A stretch of DNA of 64,000 bases, from NCBI GenBank assembly GCA_041666325.1, contig JBAYHC010000002.1, forward strand, positions 157,319 through 221,318. The letters run 5' to 3'. A program made the translations under genes and the position numbers. How positions within the stretch are numbered: position 1 is the first letter of the stretch; every line of letters begins with the position of its first letter. Positions 1-9,028 of the stretch are shown here, one piece after another. This DNA is from Patescibacteria group bacterium (GTDB taxonomy: Bacteria > Patescibacteriota > UBA1384 > XYA2-FULL-43-10 > 1-14-0-10-43-13). The notes beneath the pieces are model-generated. The model was given only the letters and a program-made list of their open reading frames with translations. It made no database searches and was not told the DNA's origin.

Positions 1-845
1 GTGAGTCTACTTTGGGGGTGGCAAAGAGACTGAAGGAGAGGGGATTGATCTCTTCTGATGCTTTCTTTGCTATCTTGGCAAAGATCAAGAAGGGCTCCAT
101 CTATGCTGGCGTCTATCGTATTCCCAGGGAAGCATCTATACTGTCAGTTTATGACCAACTCTCCTCTGGAAAAGTCACACATATCAAGGTAACAATTCCA
201 GAGGGCTGGCGGACAGAACAGATCGCACAGGTATTATCCAAGAAGAATTTGGTAAGTTATGAGGAATTCATAACTAAGGCAAAGCCGTTCGAGGGGAAGC
301 TGTTTCCTGATACTTACTTTTTCCCCTATGATACGACCGCTGAGAATATAATTTCTCAGATGCAGGATGATTTTACCAAAAGAACCAGCGGACTCAATGT
401 CAGTGATGCCGACATAGTCATTGCTTCAATTGTCGAGCGGGAGGCCGTGACGGATGAGGAGCGGCCCTTGATCGCTGGTGTTTTCAAGAACCGTATTGCG
501 AAAGGCATGAGGCTGGAAGCCGATCCGACTATTCAATATAGCAAAGATAGCGTGTTGATCAAGGCGATGCCTGCTGCTGAACTGACTGATTTTCGATTTT
601 GGCAGCCAATTACGATCTCGCAGTCCCCCCTGTATGATTCTCCATACAACACCTACATCGCGCTTGGTTTACCGCCGGGCCCAATCTGCAATCCGGGTTT
701 GGCCAGTATCAAAGCAACCGTTAACTCTCAAGAGCATAACTATCTCTATTTCCTGCACAAGGATGGGGTTATTTACCCGAGTGCTACTGTCGAGGAGCAC
801 AACGCCAATCGTGCCAAAATTCTCGGTGTCAAGATAAAACGATAA
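1..845 (+). CDS. mltG: Endolytic murein transglycosylase MltG (YceG-like), 5'-partial; ORF is open to the window start
   Basis: YceG-family sequence recognised by eye (IVIASIVEREA, PLIAGVFKNRI, DPTIQY, LPPGPICNPG). The ORF-track start at 12 is a TTG, and the frame stays open back to base 1. The N-terminal TM segment expected for MltG is missing, so the gene begins upstream of the window. Confidence 0.8.
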   Translation, partial: ESTLGVAKRLKERGLISSDAFFAILAKIKKGSIYAGVYRIPREASILSVYDQLSSGKVTHIKVTIPEGWRTEQIAQVLSKKNLVSYEEFITKAKPFEGKLFPDTYFFPYDTTAENIISQMQDDFTKRTSGLNVSDADIVIASIVEREAVTDEERPLIAGVFKNRIAKGMRLEADPTIQYSKDSVLIKAMPAAELTDFRFWQPITISQSPLYDSPYNTYIALGLPPGPICNPGLASIKATVNSQEHNYLYFLHKDGVIYPSATVEEHNANRAKILGVKIKR

Positions 846-1067
846 CAACGCCAAAAATAGTCTGCTTGGTACGGCTATGGCATGGTTGTTGAATCGGAGC
901 AGGAAAATGCAATCAAAGAATAAAAATAGGCTCGACCAGCTGGCGTGTGCGCCGGTGTCGAGCCTGTGAATTTGCCTCCGATGTGTCACCATCCGAAGAT
1001 GGCAATGAGTAATCCTGCGGCGAAGAGTACTCCTAGAATACCCCCGATGATCCAAGTAACGATCTGA

Positions 1068-1796
1068 CTATTGTCGGTCTGATGCTTCGATCTTGCCTTC
1101 ATCTTGTTCTTCCCAACCGGGGCTAGAATACCAACGAATTACGCGACCCTGGTTGTTGTCACAAACCCAGAGCATCTGGGAGAGATCGGCGCAGCACCAC
1201 CAGGTATTGCCGATCCTGGCGATGACAAAATGGCCATCTGGAACATTGGGATATTTGCTAGGTAGACAGCGAATATCGAGTGGGACAGGGTTCACTGGCG
1301 GCCTATTCTGGCTACCGGGCCTGATGACAATATCATCAACACCATCGACTGTGTTGTCAATCATGATCTCGTCGGCTTCGAGTTGGCGGCAAATGAGGAG
1401 GAACGGCTCCTTGTGTTCGCCCTGGTAATCAACCAGGGGAACGAAGAACTGAGTTGCTAGTTGTCGTCCTCTCGCCGTCGTCATGTTTCCAACCAGAATC
1501 TTATCAGCTGTGAGTGGTGTTACGCGGGCAGCATATGTTTCTTTTACCCTGAAATCATCAATGTTTGCCAAGCCTATGTTCGTGATCTGTTGGCTGATGC
1601 TCTCGGTTGGGGCTGCAGGTACAGCGCCTCTCACGAGCGTGGGCACAAGCACATTGAGGGCTGGGCTATTGACCATGTGGATCATGGCGCCGGGATAGCG
1701 AGAGCCATCGAGTTTGCCGGTTTTTCGGAATCTTTCCAGTTGGTGATCGGTAACAATGGTGAAAAGATTGGGCAAGTATTCGATTCCTTTGTCCAT
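1068..1796 (-). CDS. Hypothetical protein (242 aa), no recognisable family
   Basis: Long ORF with non-repetitive, protein-like composition, divergent from mreB. I could not assign a family. Confidence 0.45.
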   Translation of the reverse strand: MDKGIEYLPNLFTIVTDHQLERFRKTGKLDGSRYPGAMIHMVNSPALNVLVPTLVRGAVPAAPTESISQQITNIGLANIDDFRVKETYAARVTPLTADKILVGNMTTARGRQLATQFFVPLVDYQGEHKEPFLLICRQLEADEIMIDNTVDGVDDIVIRPGSQNRPPVNPVPLDIRCLPSKYPNVPDGHFVIARIGNTWWCCADLSQMLWVCDNNQGRVIRWYSSPGWEEQDEGKIEASDRQ

Positions 1797-1959
1797 GCGT
1801 TGCTCCTCTCGTGGCGATTCGTACGAGCTGAATAATACTACGGAAGTTAAGGTCTGTCAATCAGGGACTTAAAAAGGTTTGAATAATAGATTGTTTCACC
1901 CTATTATTTCAAAGGCGCTGAATGTTCTTAAGCTTTGACTTGTGTCGTTGTTGTTGAGC

Positions 1960-1988
1960 TTGACCGATAGTCGTATTTCCTCTAGATT
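1960..1988 (+). promoter_or_regulatory. Sigma70-like promoter upstream of mreB (TTGACC-17-TAGATT)
   Basis: -35 TTGACC at 1960-1965, 17-nt spacer, -10 TAGATT at 1983-1988, about 30 nt upstream of the mreB start. Confidence 0.45.
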
Positions 1989-2016
1989 GAAGTAGACTTC
2001 CGGTCATCTATTTTTT

Positions 2017-3105
2017 GTGGATGGGTTCACTAAGGAGCTTATGAGAAAAGGTATCGGCAGAATTGTCGGCAGGGTCCTTGGAAAAGTTTCCCACGATATT
2101 GGGATTGATTTGGGCACGGCCAATACTCTGGTCTATGTCAGGGGCAGGGGAATTGTTATTCGCGAACCATCGGTCGTTGCCCTGAACAAGCGGACGAAAG
2201 AGATACTTGCCATTGGCGAGGAAGCCAAAAGAATGGTTGGCCGCACTCCGTCTCATATTGTTGCTGTCCGGCCATTGGTTGATGGTGTTATCTCTGACTT
2301 TGAAATTACTGAGCAGATGCTGCGCTATTTTTTTGATCGTGTGCATCGGGAAAAGTTTAGTCTCCTGCCAAGGCCTCGCGTTGTAATTGGTATTCCCCAT
2401 AGTGTGACCGAGGTTGAGCGCAGGGCTGTAGAGGAAGGCGCTATTAATGCGGGGGCACGCGAGGTGTATCTGATTGAGGAGCCAATTGCTGCTGCTATCG
2501 GAGCCAGGCTTCCAATTCAGGACGCTTCCGGCAGTATGATCATCGATATTGGCGGCGGCACGACAGAGGTTGCTGTAATAGCCTTGGGCGGAGTTGTCGC
2601 GTCGAGATCATTACGTATCGCTGGCGACGAGATGAATGATGATATCGTTCAGTATGTCAGGGACAAATTTAACCTATTGATCGGTGAGAGAAGTGCAGAA
2701 GAGACCAAGATGAGAATCGGTTCGGCTGTGGAACTAAAGGAGAAGTTAGAGGCACCGCTGCGAGGTCGCGACCTAGTCACTGGTTTGCCCAAAGAAATTA
2801 TTGTTAATGATACTCAAATACGCGAAGCTCTAAAAAAGTCGATCAGTGCGATCATGGAAAGTATTAGGGTAACCATGGAGGAGACACCCCCAGAGCTATT
2901 GGCTGATATAATGGAAAAGGGCATCATTCTTGCTGGCGGAGGTGCTTTGCTACGTGGCCTCGATAAGCGAATTGCAACAGAGACTCTGACCGCGGTTCAT
3001 ATCGCTGACGACCCCCTGACAGCGGTCGTGAGGGGTACGGGAATTGTGCTCGAAGATCTAGATATGCTTGCTGAGGTTTTGCTACCAAAGGAGTTCAGCA
3101 GATAA
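2017..3105 (+). CDS. mreB: Rod shape-determining protein MreB (actin homologue)
   Basis: IGIDLGTANTLVYV N-terminal phosphate-1 motif and IDIGGGTTEVAV phosphate-2 motif; 362 aa. The true start may be the internal Met at 2041. Confidence 0.9.
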   Translation: MDGFTKELMRKGIGRIVGRVLGKVSHDIGIDLGTANTLVYVRGRGIVIREPSVVALNKRTKEILAIGEEAKRMVGRTPSHIVAVRPLVDGVISDFEITEQMLRYFFDRVHREKFSLLPRPRVVIGIPHSVTEVERRAVEEGAINAGAREVYLIEEPIAAAIGARLPIQDASGSMIIDIGGGTTEVAVIALGGVVASRSLRIAGDEMNDDIVQYVRDKFNLLIGERSAEETKMRIGSAVELKEKLEAPLRGRDLVTGLPKEIIVNDTQIREALKKSISAIMESIRVTMEETPPELLADIMEKGIILAGGGALLRGLDKRIATETLTAVHIADDPLTAVVRGTGIVLEDLDMLAEVLLPKEFSR

Positions 3106-3151
3106 AAAACAGCGCAGGCTTGGCTAGGACTGTTATCGGGATTCAAGTGGA

Positions 3152-3937
3152 ATGAAAAGGAATAACAATCTTGTTAAAATGTTGTCCGTATCTGTGTTTT
3201 TGGTGTTGATTTTGGTCATGCCCTTACGAGCGAAGTTTCGTTCGTTCGCCTGGAGTGCCGGGAAGGTTGTTGCTAATCCATTTATTTTTTTGTCTCAAAA
3301 GACACAAAATGTCACGACATTTGTTAGGGGTATTGGTAGGTTGCAAGACGAGAATAAGGATTTAGGCCGAAAGATTGCATCTCTTGAGGTTGACAGGAGT
3401 CGAATTACCGAACTTGAACATGAGAATGAGTTGCTCAAACGCGAACTGGGATTTCTTGGTTCGCGGCCTAATCAGGAGCTGATACCGGCAAGAATTGTTG
3501 GGCGTGAGCCAACCACGTTGCTTGATTACGCAATTATTGACAAGGGAGAGTCTGATGGAGTAGTGGCAAATGCACCTGTTGTCTCGGAGGGTGCACTTAT
3601 AGGACAGGTTAGCGAGGTCAACAAGGACTCCGCTAAAATCATTCTCATTACGAGCAAAGATTCGATTGTTCAGGCCATGTTGCAGGTTAGCAGGTCGAAG
3701 GGGGTTTTGCGGGGAGGGATATCTGGCCTTTCGCTTGAAAATATTTCTCAGGATGTTGAGTTTAGTTCAGGAGAATACGTTGTAACATCTGGGTTGGGAG
3801 GAGAACTACCGGAGGGCATATTAATTGGGAAGGCCCGGTCGCTTCAATCTCCCCTGTCTGGTATTTATAAATCTATCTCCGTAGAGCCCATAATTGATCT
3901 TCCGCGACTGGAGATGGTTTTCGTAGTAAGGGAGTAA
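3152..3937 (+). CDS. mreC: Rod shape-determining protein MreC
   Basis: N-terminal TM, coiled-coil segment (EVDRSRITELEHENELLKREL) and C-terminal beta domain (VVTSGLGGELPEGILIGKA) typical of MreC. Position immediately after mreB supports the call. Confidence 0.8.
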   Translation: MKRNNNLVKMLSVSVFLVLILVMPLRAKFRSFAWSAGKVVANPFIFLSQKTQNVTTFVRGIGRLQDENKDLGRKIASLEVDRSRITELEHENELLKRELGFLGSRPNQELIPARIVGREPTTLLDYAIIDKGESDGVVANAPVVSEGALIGQVSEVNKDSAKIILITSKDSIVQAMLQVSRSKGVLRGGISGLSLENISQDVEFSSGEYVVTSGLGGELPEGILIGKARSLQSPLSGIYKSISVEPIIDLPRLEMVFVVRE

Positions 3938-3966
3938 TAATTTTTCGCGGTGATTTTTGCGTCTGG

Positions 3967-4500
3967 TTGTCTTGCTTTGAGTTTTGTAAAAGAGGTTCGG
4001 CAATTATGAGATGGATAAAATATTTGTTGGTTGGTGTACTGTCGCTTTTCTTGGTAATGCTTGATGTAACATATTTTTCTTCTTTGCCGATCAAGGGAGC
4101 GACGATCTTTTCTTCATTGGTAGTGGTTATTGTGACAGCGCTGATCTGGCCTCTTGACCCGTTACTTATTCTGATATCTTTTCTTTCTGTTCTTTTCGCC
4201 ATTTTTTCCTCCTTGCCAATTGTATTAATCTTGATTATGTTCTTTTTGCTTCCGGTTGCGCTGGTCTTTTGTCGGCAGCGTTATTTGCCTGGGTCTTCTC
4301 GTTTTGTTGTACTAGTCATTTTGATAGTCACCTGTCTGTCGACCGAAATGTTAATGCTTATTTTTTTTCCTGAGTGGAGCAGCGAGGTGGCCACTTCTAT
4401 CGGGTATTTCGTATTAATAAATTCAATATTTGGAATGGCGGTGTTTGAGCTGGCCACGAGGGTCCGTTCAGCTGTTCGGCACAATGAAATTAGGCTCTAG
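3967..4500 (+). CDS. mreD: Rod shape-determining protein MreD (polytopic membrane protein)
   Basis: Very hydrophobic 177-aa ORF directly after mreC. The likely start is the Met at 4006. Confidence 0.6.
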   Translation: MSCFEFCKRGSAIMRWIKYLLVGVLSLFLVMLDVTYFSSLPIKGATIFSSLVVVIVTALIWPLDPLLILISFLSVLFAIFSSLPIVLILIMFFLLPVALVFCRQRYLPGSSRFVVLVILIVTCLSTEMLMLIFFPEWSSEVATSIGYFVLINSIFGMAVFELATRVRSAVRHNEIRL

Positions 4501-4505
4501 GATTA

Positions 4506-6440
4506 GTGATGGATATTTTCGGAAACTTTGGCGCCCTAAGGGGCGATCGAAAGAAGCGCAAGATTCCTCAAGGTGAAGAGAACGATTTTTCCTATTCTGA
4601 TGCAGTAATTTCAGGGATAACTAAGATAGAAGATAGAGCGATCTCTTCGTTAACACTGCCAGCAAGGACATTGTTGATAATGTTTTTTATCGTATTGCTA
4701 GCCAAAGTATTCTTTTTGCAGGTAGTGGAGGGTAAAAACCACCAGAAACTTGCTGAAGGAAACCGTATCAGACCAAGAGTCCTTGAGGCACCAAGAGGAT
4801 TAATTTCGGACAAAGATGGAGTTTGGCTTGCGCGCAATAAGGCTGATTTTGCTCTCTCGTTTTATCCCTCAGACTTGCCGAAGGCGAAGGCGGACAGAGC
4901 AGAAATTTTCAAGAAGCTTGCCGACGTCTCTGGTTTGGCCCCAGAGGAGATTCAAAAAATTGCCGAAGAGAAGGGAAACTATTTTCTTGATTCAGTTATT
5001 ATCAAGGACCATTTATCACATGATGAGGCGCTGCTATTGGAAGAAAGGACAGCTGATCTGCCGGGTGTGTTTATTGCGCATCGCGTGAGCCGAGAGTATG
5101 TTAGTCTTCCTGGAATCTCACATATCTTGGGATATACTGGCTCCGTTTCGGGTGCAGATCTAAAGGATCATCCTAACTATTTTCTTTCGGATTGGATTGG
5201 AAAGGCGGGAATAGAAAAGGAGTATGAGCAGTATTTGCGCGGAGTCCACGGGGTCGAACAGGTCGAGGTTGATTCGCGCGGAAATGTCGTGCGCGTTCTT
5301 GTCAAAGAGGGCAACATGGAGCCGAAGCCAGGGAATGATGTTTCCCTCTACCTGGACAGAGGATTGCAGTCAAAGGTTGCGCTCTCTCTGCAAGATGGCA
5401 TCAAGAAGGCGAAGGAGATCACCGGTAAGGAGGACATAAACTCAGGTGTGGCTGCCGTAATGGATGTTAGAAACGGCGGAATACTGGCAATGGTTTCTCT
5501 TCCCGACTATGATAATAATCTTTTTGCCACAAGAATATCGAATGATGATTACCAGCGATTGATTAATGATCCATCGCAACCCCTTTTCAACAGAGCAATA
5601 AAGGGCGAGTATCCGCCAGGATCAATCGTTAAGATTGTTATGGCTGCAGCGGGGCTGTCTGAAGGTGTTATTAACGAGGGGACATCTCTTGATACCCCAC
5701 CGGCAATTCAAATTGGAGACTACTCTTTCCCAGACTGGAAAGATCACGGCCTGACTGACGTCGAGCGCGCTATTGCTGAGTCAAATAACATATTCTTTTA
5801 TGCTATTGGCGGCGGATACGACAAGATAAGGGGAATCGGCATAGCAAAGATCAAAGAATATTGGCAGAAATTCGGTTTGGGAAAAACAACCGGGATTGAT
5901 ATTCCAGGGGAAGAAAACGGGCTGTTGCCGGATGGAGAGTGGAAACAAAAGGTCAAGAACGAGCCGTGGTATCTTGGTGACACTTATCATGTTTCAATTG
6001 GCCAGGGAGATTTACTGGTTACGCCTATTCAGATGCTCAGAGCGACTGCTGCCATAGCTAACGGTGGAAAGCTCCTTAATCCACGTTTCATAAAAACAAT
6101 AATAGGATTGGATGGCGAGGTTGTTAAAGAGTTTGGTCCTTCCGTGGAGAACGAGGCAGTCGTTTCCTCCCAGGTTGCAAGCACGGTTGCTCGCGGTATG
6201 CGAATGACGGTGACAGAAGGCTCTGCCAGGAGCTTGAATTCTTTGCCTGTAGCAGTCGCTGGCAAAACAGGCACTGCACAATTTTTCAATAACGAGAAGA
6301 CGCATGCCTGGTTTGAGGCTTTTGCTCCTTATGATGATCCAGAGATTGCCGTCATCGTTCTGATCGAGGGTGGCGGTGGGGGCAACGAAACCGCTGTGCC
6401 TGTTGCTAAGGACATCTTAGATTACTACTTTAGTAGATAA
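4506..6440 (+). CDS. mrdA: Penicillin-binding protein 2 (class B transpeptidase, elongasome)
   Basis: N-terminal TM plus transpeptidase motifs SxxK (GSIVK), SxN (ESNN) and KTG (KTGTAQ). Position after mreBCD supports the call. Confidence 0.85.
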   Translation: MMDIFGNFGALRGDRKKRKIPQGEENDFSYSDAVISGITKIEDRAISSLTLPARTLLIMFFIVLLAKVFFLQVVEGKNHQKLAEGNRIRPRVLEAPRGLISDKDGVWLARNKADFALSFYPSDLPKAKADRAEIFKKLADVSGLAPEEIQKIAEEKGNYFLDSVIIKDHLSHDEALLLEERTADLPGVFIAHRVSREYVSLPGISHILGYTGSVSGADLKDHPNYFLSDWIGKAGIEKEYEQYLRGVHGVEQVEVDSRGNVVRVLVKEGNMEPKPGNDVSLYLDRGLQSKVALSLQDGIKKAKEITGKEDINSGVAAVMDVRNGGILAMVSLPDYDNNLFATRISNDDYQRLINDPSQPLFNRAIKGEYPPGSIVKIVMAAAGLSEGVINEGTSLDTPPAIQIGDYSFPDWKDHGLTDVERAIAESNNIFFYAIGGGYDKIRGIGIAKIKEYWQKFGLGKTTGIDIPGEENGLLPDGEWKQKVKNEPWYLGDTYHVSIGQGDLLVTPIQMLRATAAIANGGKLLNPRFIKTIIGLDGEVVKEFGPSVENEAVVSSQVASTVARGMRMTVTEGSARSLNSLPVAVAGKTGTAQFFNNEKTHAWFEAFAPYDDPEIAVIVLIEGGGGGNETAVPVAKDILDYYFSR

Positions 6441-6541
6441 ACTGAAGGTTGACAAAAGCGCCCTCTTTTTGAGATACTCAGAAGTCGTAAAGTACTATTT
6501 TTAACAATTATTAAATATAATAACTAGTCAGTTTCTGAAGC

Positions 6542-7027
6542 TTGACGAAAACAAGAAAAACTTCGGGAGAAATAACCATGACCAATGAAATGACAGCCAC
6601 TGGGCTGGACCACCTAAAAAAACAATATGATGATGTTCATCAAAAGCTGAAGGATATTGCCGGACGAATCAAGGAAGCTAGAGATTTGGGCGATCTCTCG
6701 GAAAATGCCGAGTATCAAGAGGCTAAGAACGAGCAAGCTTTTTTGCTTGGGCGTGAAGCTGAGTTGGAGCAGAAAATTAAATCGGCAAAAGTTGTTGCCA
6801 AGTGCGACGATGGGGTTGTTGGTGTCGGTTGCCGTGTTAAGATCGAAGGCAACGGCAACACCATGACTTTCGAAATTGTTGGTCCTGATGAAGTGGATCC
6901 TCTCGCTGGCCGCATCTCTCCGGAATCACCCATCGGCTCAGCCATTCGCGGCCATCGTAGTGGAGAGACAGTTCAGGTTAAAACTCCCGGAGGAGTGACA
7001 GAATATCGGATTGTGGAGGTAAATTAA
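6542..7027 (+). CDS. greA: Transcription elongation factor GreA
   Basis: GreA signature LSENAEYQEAKNEQAFLLGREAELEQKI followed by a C-terminal FKBP-like domain. The start may be the Met at 6578. Confidence 0.85.
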   Translation: MTKTRKTSGEITMTNEMTATGLDHLKKQYDDVHQKLKDIAGRIKEARDLGDLSENAEYQEAKNEQAFLLGREAELEQKIKSAKVVAKCDDGVVGVGCRVKIEGNGNTMTFEIVGPDEVDPLAGRISPESPIGSAIRGHRSGETVQVKTPGGVTEYRIVEVN

Positions 7028-7050
7028 TTCATTTCGAATATGATCTCAGC

Positions 7051-7080
7051 AAAAGTCCCGCGTTCACGGGACTTTTGCTA
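7051..7080 (+). terminator. Intrinsic terminator after greA
   Basis: Hairpin AAAAGTCCCG-CGTTCA-CGGGACTTTT followed by TTTGC. Confidence 0.7.
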
Positions 7081-7101
7081 TTCGGTCATCTTGGATAATC
7101 G

Positions 7102-7130
7102 TTGACGTATTTTTTCTGCCGTTGTATTAT
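7102..7130 (+). promoter_or_regulatory. Sigma70-like promoter (TTGACG-17-TATTAT) for the ORF at 7176
   Basis: Consensus-like hexamers with 17-nt spacing, about 45 nt upstream of the ATG. An AAAAGGAGA RBS precedes the start. Confidence 0.5.
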
Positions 7131-7175
7131 CGAATCACACGTTAACTCGGCTAGGATAAGCCAAAAGGAGACACC

Positions 7176-7784
7176 ATGGGAGACGAAAGAATGGAAAGAT
7201 TTTTGGGTGGCGAAGTGGGTGCATCTTATCTGCCGCATCACACAGATGAGGCGGTTATCACAAGTGTCACGGATCCAAACACCGGCGCTGTTTACACGCC
7301 AGGAGACAAAGGTGTTGGTGCTGTTCCAGTTCCCGAAGCTAGTCCTGGTGCAGACGAGACGGGGGATGAAGAATATCAGGGCCAGAAATTTGCTGTGACG
7401 ATCCGGGAGAGCGATGAGCAGCTGGGCTGGAGGAAGGTTGGCGATGAGCTGTCTCTGCCCCAAACCGGTCTTACATTTACTGATGGTTCACGTTATTTTT
7501 CTGAAGGAATAGGATCAGAGAGGCTTGATATTCCAGCCGAATCAATTAGAAAGCTTGTTCGTCCGGAGATTGTGAAGAGGTTGGAAGCGGTCATCGGTAA
7601 GGAGCTCGAAGGGCAAGTGCCGCTTACGGCGCAGATATCTCCGTCAAATTATTATGCCAACGGTGTTCGAATTGAAGATCCTGGTTTGCAGAACGAGATT
7701 TATAGCCTTATTCAAATTTATACCAATCACCGCAAACGGTTCGTTGCTCCGGGCGCAGATGAGGCCGGACCAGCAGCTAAGTAA
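7176..7784 (+). CDS. Hypothetical protein (202 aa)
   Basis: ORF with a good SD sequence and a downstream terminator. No family recognised. Confidence 0.5.
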   Translation: MGDERMERFLGGEVGASYLPHHTDEAVITSVTDPNTGAVYTPGDKGVGAVPVPEASPGADETGDEEYQGQKFAVTIRESDEQLGWRKVGDELSLPQTGLTFTDGSRYFSEGIGSERLDIPAESIRKLVRPEIVKRLEAVIGKELEGQVPLTAQISPSNYYANGVRIEDPGLQNEIYSLIQIYTNHRKRFVAPGADEAGPAAK

Positions 7785-7800
7785 ATACAGCCAATTACAA

Positions 7801-7831
7801 AAAATCATCCAGTAGATCGGATGATTTTTTG
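7801..7831. terminator. Intrinsic terminator (hairpin AATCATCC-loop-GGATGATT followed by T6), potentially bidirectional
   Basis: 8-bp stem at 7803-7810/7819-7826 followed by TTTTTT. An A-run precedes the hairpin, so it may also act on the minus strand. Confidence 0.7.
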
Positions 7832-7877
7832 ATACTAGAGTGCAGAATGAACAAACTATTGTTCGCTCTGTTCTCTG

Positions 7878-7906
7878 CTGATCCGGCGGCGGGGCCGCCG
7901 GATCAG
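7878..7906 (-). repeat. GC-rich hairpin copy A (13-bp stem CTGATCCGGCGGC / GCCGCCGGATCAG, 3-nt loop), immediately 3' of the minus-strand gene at 7915
   Basis: Perfect inverted repeat seen in the sequence; no U-tract follows it in the minus sense. It is near-identical to copy B at 8991-9019, differing by one compensatory base-pair change. Confidence 0.8.
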
Positions 7907-7914
7907 CGTGTGTG

Positions 7915-8850
7915 CTACAGCGTTCTGGCTGTCAGGACTGCGTATGGCTTCTGCGCCCTGACGTTGGTCAGCCGCCACTGATCGTTCCGGCGGTTGACTG
8001 TTACGATGTAGCTCGCCTTGGTGGCGCTGGCACCGCCAAGGATAGAGATCCAGCGGAAGTCTACCCGATACTTCCTGCCCTTCCAGAGGCAAGATGTCTC
8101 GATGGTAGGGGTGATGATTCCGGCCTCGTCGAGCGGAAGGTACGCCAGGTTGGCGCACCTCGTCGTCAGGCCGGGGTTTCCCTCGATGGCTCTGAGGCGA
8201 GCAAACTCCCTCTCGACGAAGGCCGCAGCCGGGTCCTCCTCTGCTCCGGCGTAGGGGTTCAGTCCGCGGTAGTCGTCCCCGATCAGGCTAGGATCGTGCC
8301 TGGGGAAGGGCGGAAGCGGAAAGCCACAGTGCTCGAGCGCCTCTTCGCGGCTGTCGACCTCACGGCCGATGCCCTCGAAAGCGACATTCCAGGACAGGGC
8401 ATTCATACCATAATATGGGATGGCCTCTGGTCTGACGTCGATGTCCCTCGCGGAGTTTATGATCTCCTTTTCCTTCCACTCGGGACAGTTCTTCTTCCTG
8501 TTGATGGTGTAGCGGTAGTGGCCGATCTCACGGCCGGTGGGGAAGCGGTAGATGAGGTGTGCGGCATTGCCGACTACTTCGACCTGGGTGTAATTCTCCA
8601 GGTTGGGCCATGCCTCGAAGATGGCCCAGACACGAGATTGCTCATCTGACCATTCTCCGGTGAAGGTTGGCGGCAGGGAGCCGCCTCGATAGTAGTGGAA
8701 GGTGCTGATGACCTTCTCTTCGTGCTCAGCGCATCGTTGCGACGCTTGCTCGATGTACGGCACTCCGATGCCCACTGCGATCATGCCGGCAAGCCCTGCG
8801 GCAATGAGTGTGGTCAATGCAGTTGCTGCTAGTCTTGTCAATCGTTCCAT
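7915..8850 (-). CDS. Hypothetical exported/membrane-anchored protein, high GC (cassette gene A). The ORF track extends to 8907; the likely start is the Met at 8850 (MERLTRL...)
   Basis: N-terminal hydrophobic segment (LAATALTTLIAAGLAGMIAVGIG), preceded by an AAGGAGAG RBS. GC about 62% versus about 45% for the flanking DNA. No family recognised. Confidence 0.5.
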   Translation of the reverse strand: MERLTRLAATALTTLIAAGLAGMIAVGIGVPYIEQASQRCAEHEEKVISTFHYYRGGSLPPTFTGEWSDEQSRVWAIFEAWPNLENYTQVEVVGNAAHLIYRFPTGREIGHYRYTINRKKNCPEWKEKEIINSARDIDVRPEAIPYYGMNALSWNVAFEGIGREVDSREEALEHCGFPLPPFPRHDPSLIGDDYRGLNPYAGAEEDPAAAFVEREFARLRAIEGNPGLTTRCANLAYLPLDEAGIITPTIETSCLWKGRKYRVDFRWISILGGASATKASYIVTVNRRNDQWRLTNVRAQKPYAVLTARTL

Positions 8851-8925
8851 CTTGCCTCTCCTTGCGTCGTGCACATTGGTGGGCTCGAGTGCCCAACCGA
8901 ATGACAAGCGCCAAACGATGGCTCC

Positions 8926-8943
8926 TGTTTGCGACGATCGAGA
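8926..8943 (-). promoter_or_regulatory. Conserved leader element (plus-strand text GTTTGCGACGATCGAG; minus-sense CTCGATCGTCGCAAAC) upstream of cassette gene A
   Basis: 16/17-nt identity with the element at 10038-10054 upstream of gene B. It sits inside ~130-nt leaders that are about 60-70% identical, while the two coding regions are unrelated. Confidence 0.55.
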
Positions 8944-8990
8944 TTGCTTAATCTAAACAATTATCGATTGTCACAAGAATGGTATTGTTA

Positions 8991-9019
8991 CTGGTCCGGC
9001 GGCGGGGCCGCCGGACCAG
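8991..9019 (-). repeat. GC-rich hairpin copy B (CTGGTCCGGCGGC / GCCGCCGGACCAG), 3' of the minus-strand gene at 9029
   Basis: Perfect 13-bp inverted repeat. It differs from copy A only by the A:T to G:C change at one stem position. Confidence 0.8.
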
Positions 9020-9028
9020 CTGGTATAC

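Noticed and set aside
669-1055. 128-aa minus-strand ORF overlapping the 3' end of mltG
   Set aside because: It is antisense to a conserved gene and its Arg/His-rich composition is junk-like.
986-1102. 38-aa hydrophobic ORF (MKARSKHQTDNSQIVTWIIGGILGVLFAAGLLIAIFGW) on the minus strand overlapping the 3' end of the 242-aa gene in another frame
   Set aside because: It is plausible as a small membrane protein, but it overlaps an apparently genuine longer gene by about 35 nt and has no clear RBS. It is left uncalled pending proteomic or comparative evidence.
7878-9019. Interpreting the paired GC hairpins as integron attC sites
   Set aside because: Their placement 3' of each cassette ORF fits, but the hairpins are short perfect palindromes without the R''/L''-L'/R' core sites (GTTRRRY). 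No intI gene or attI is present in the window.
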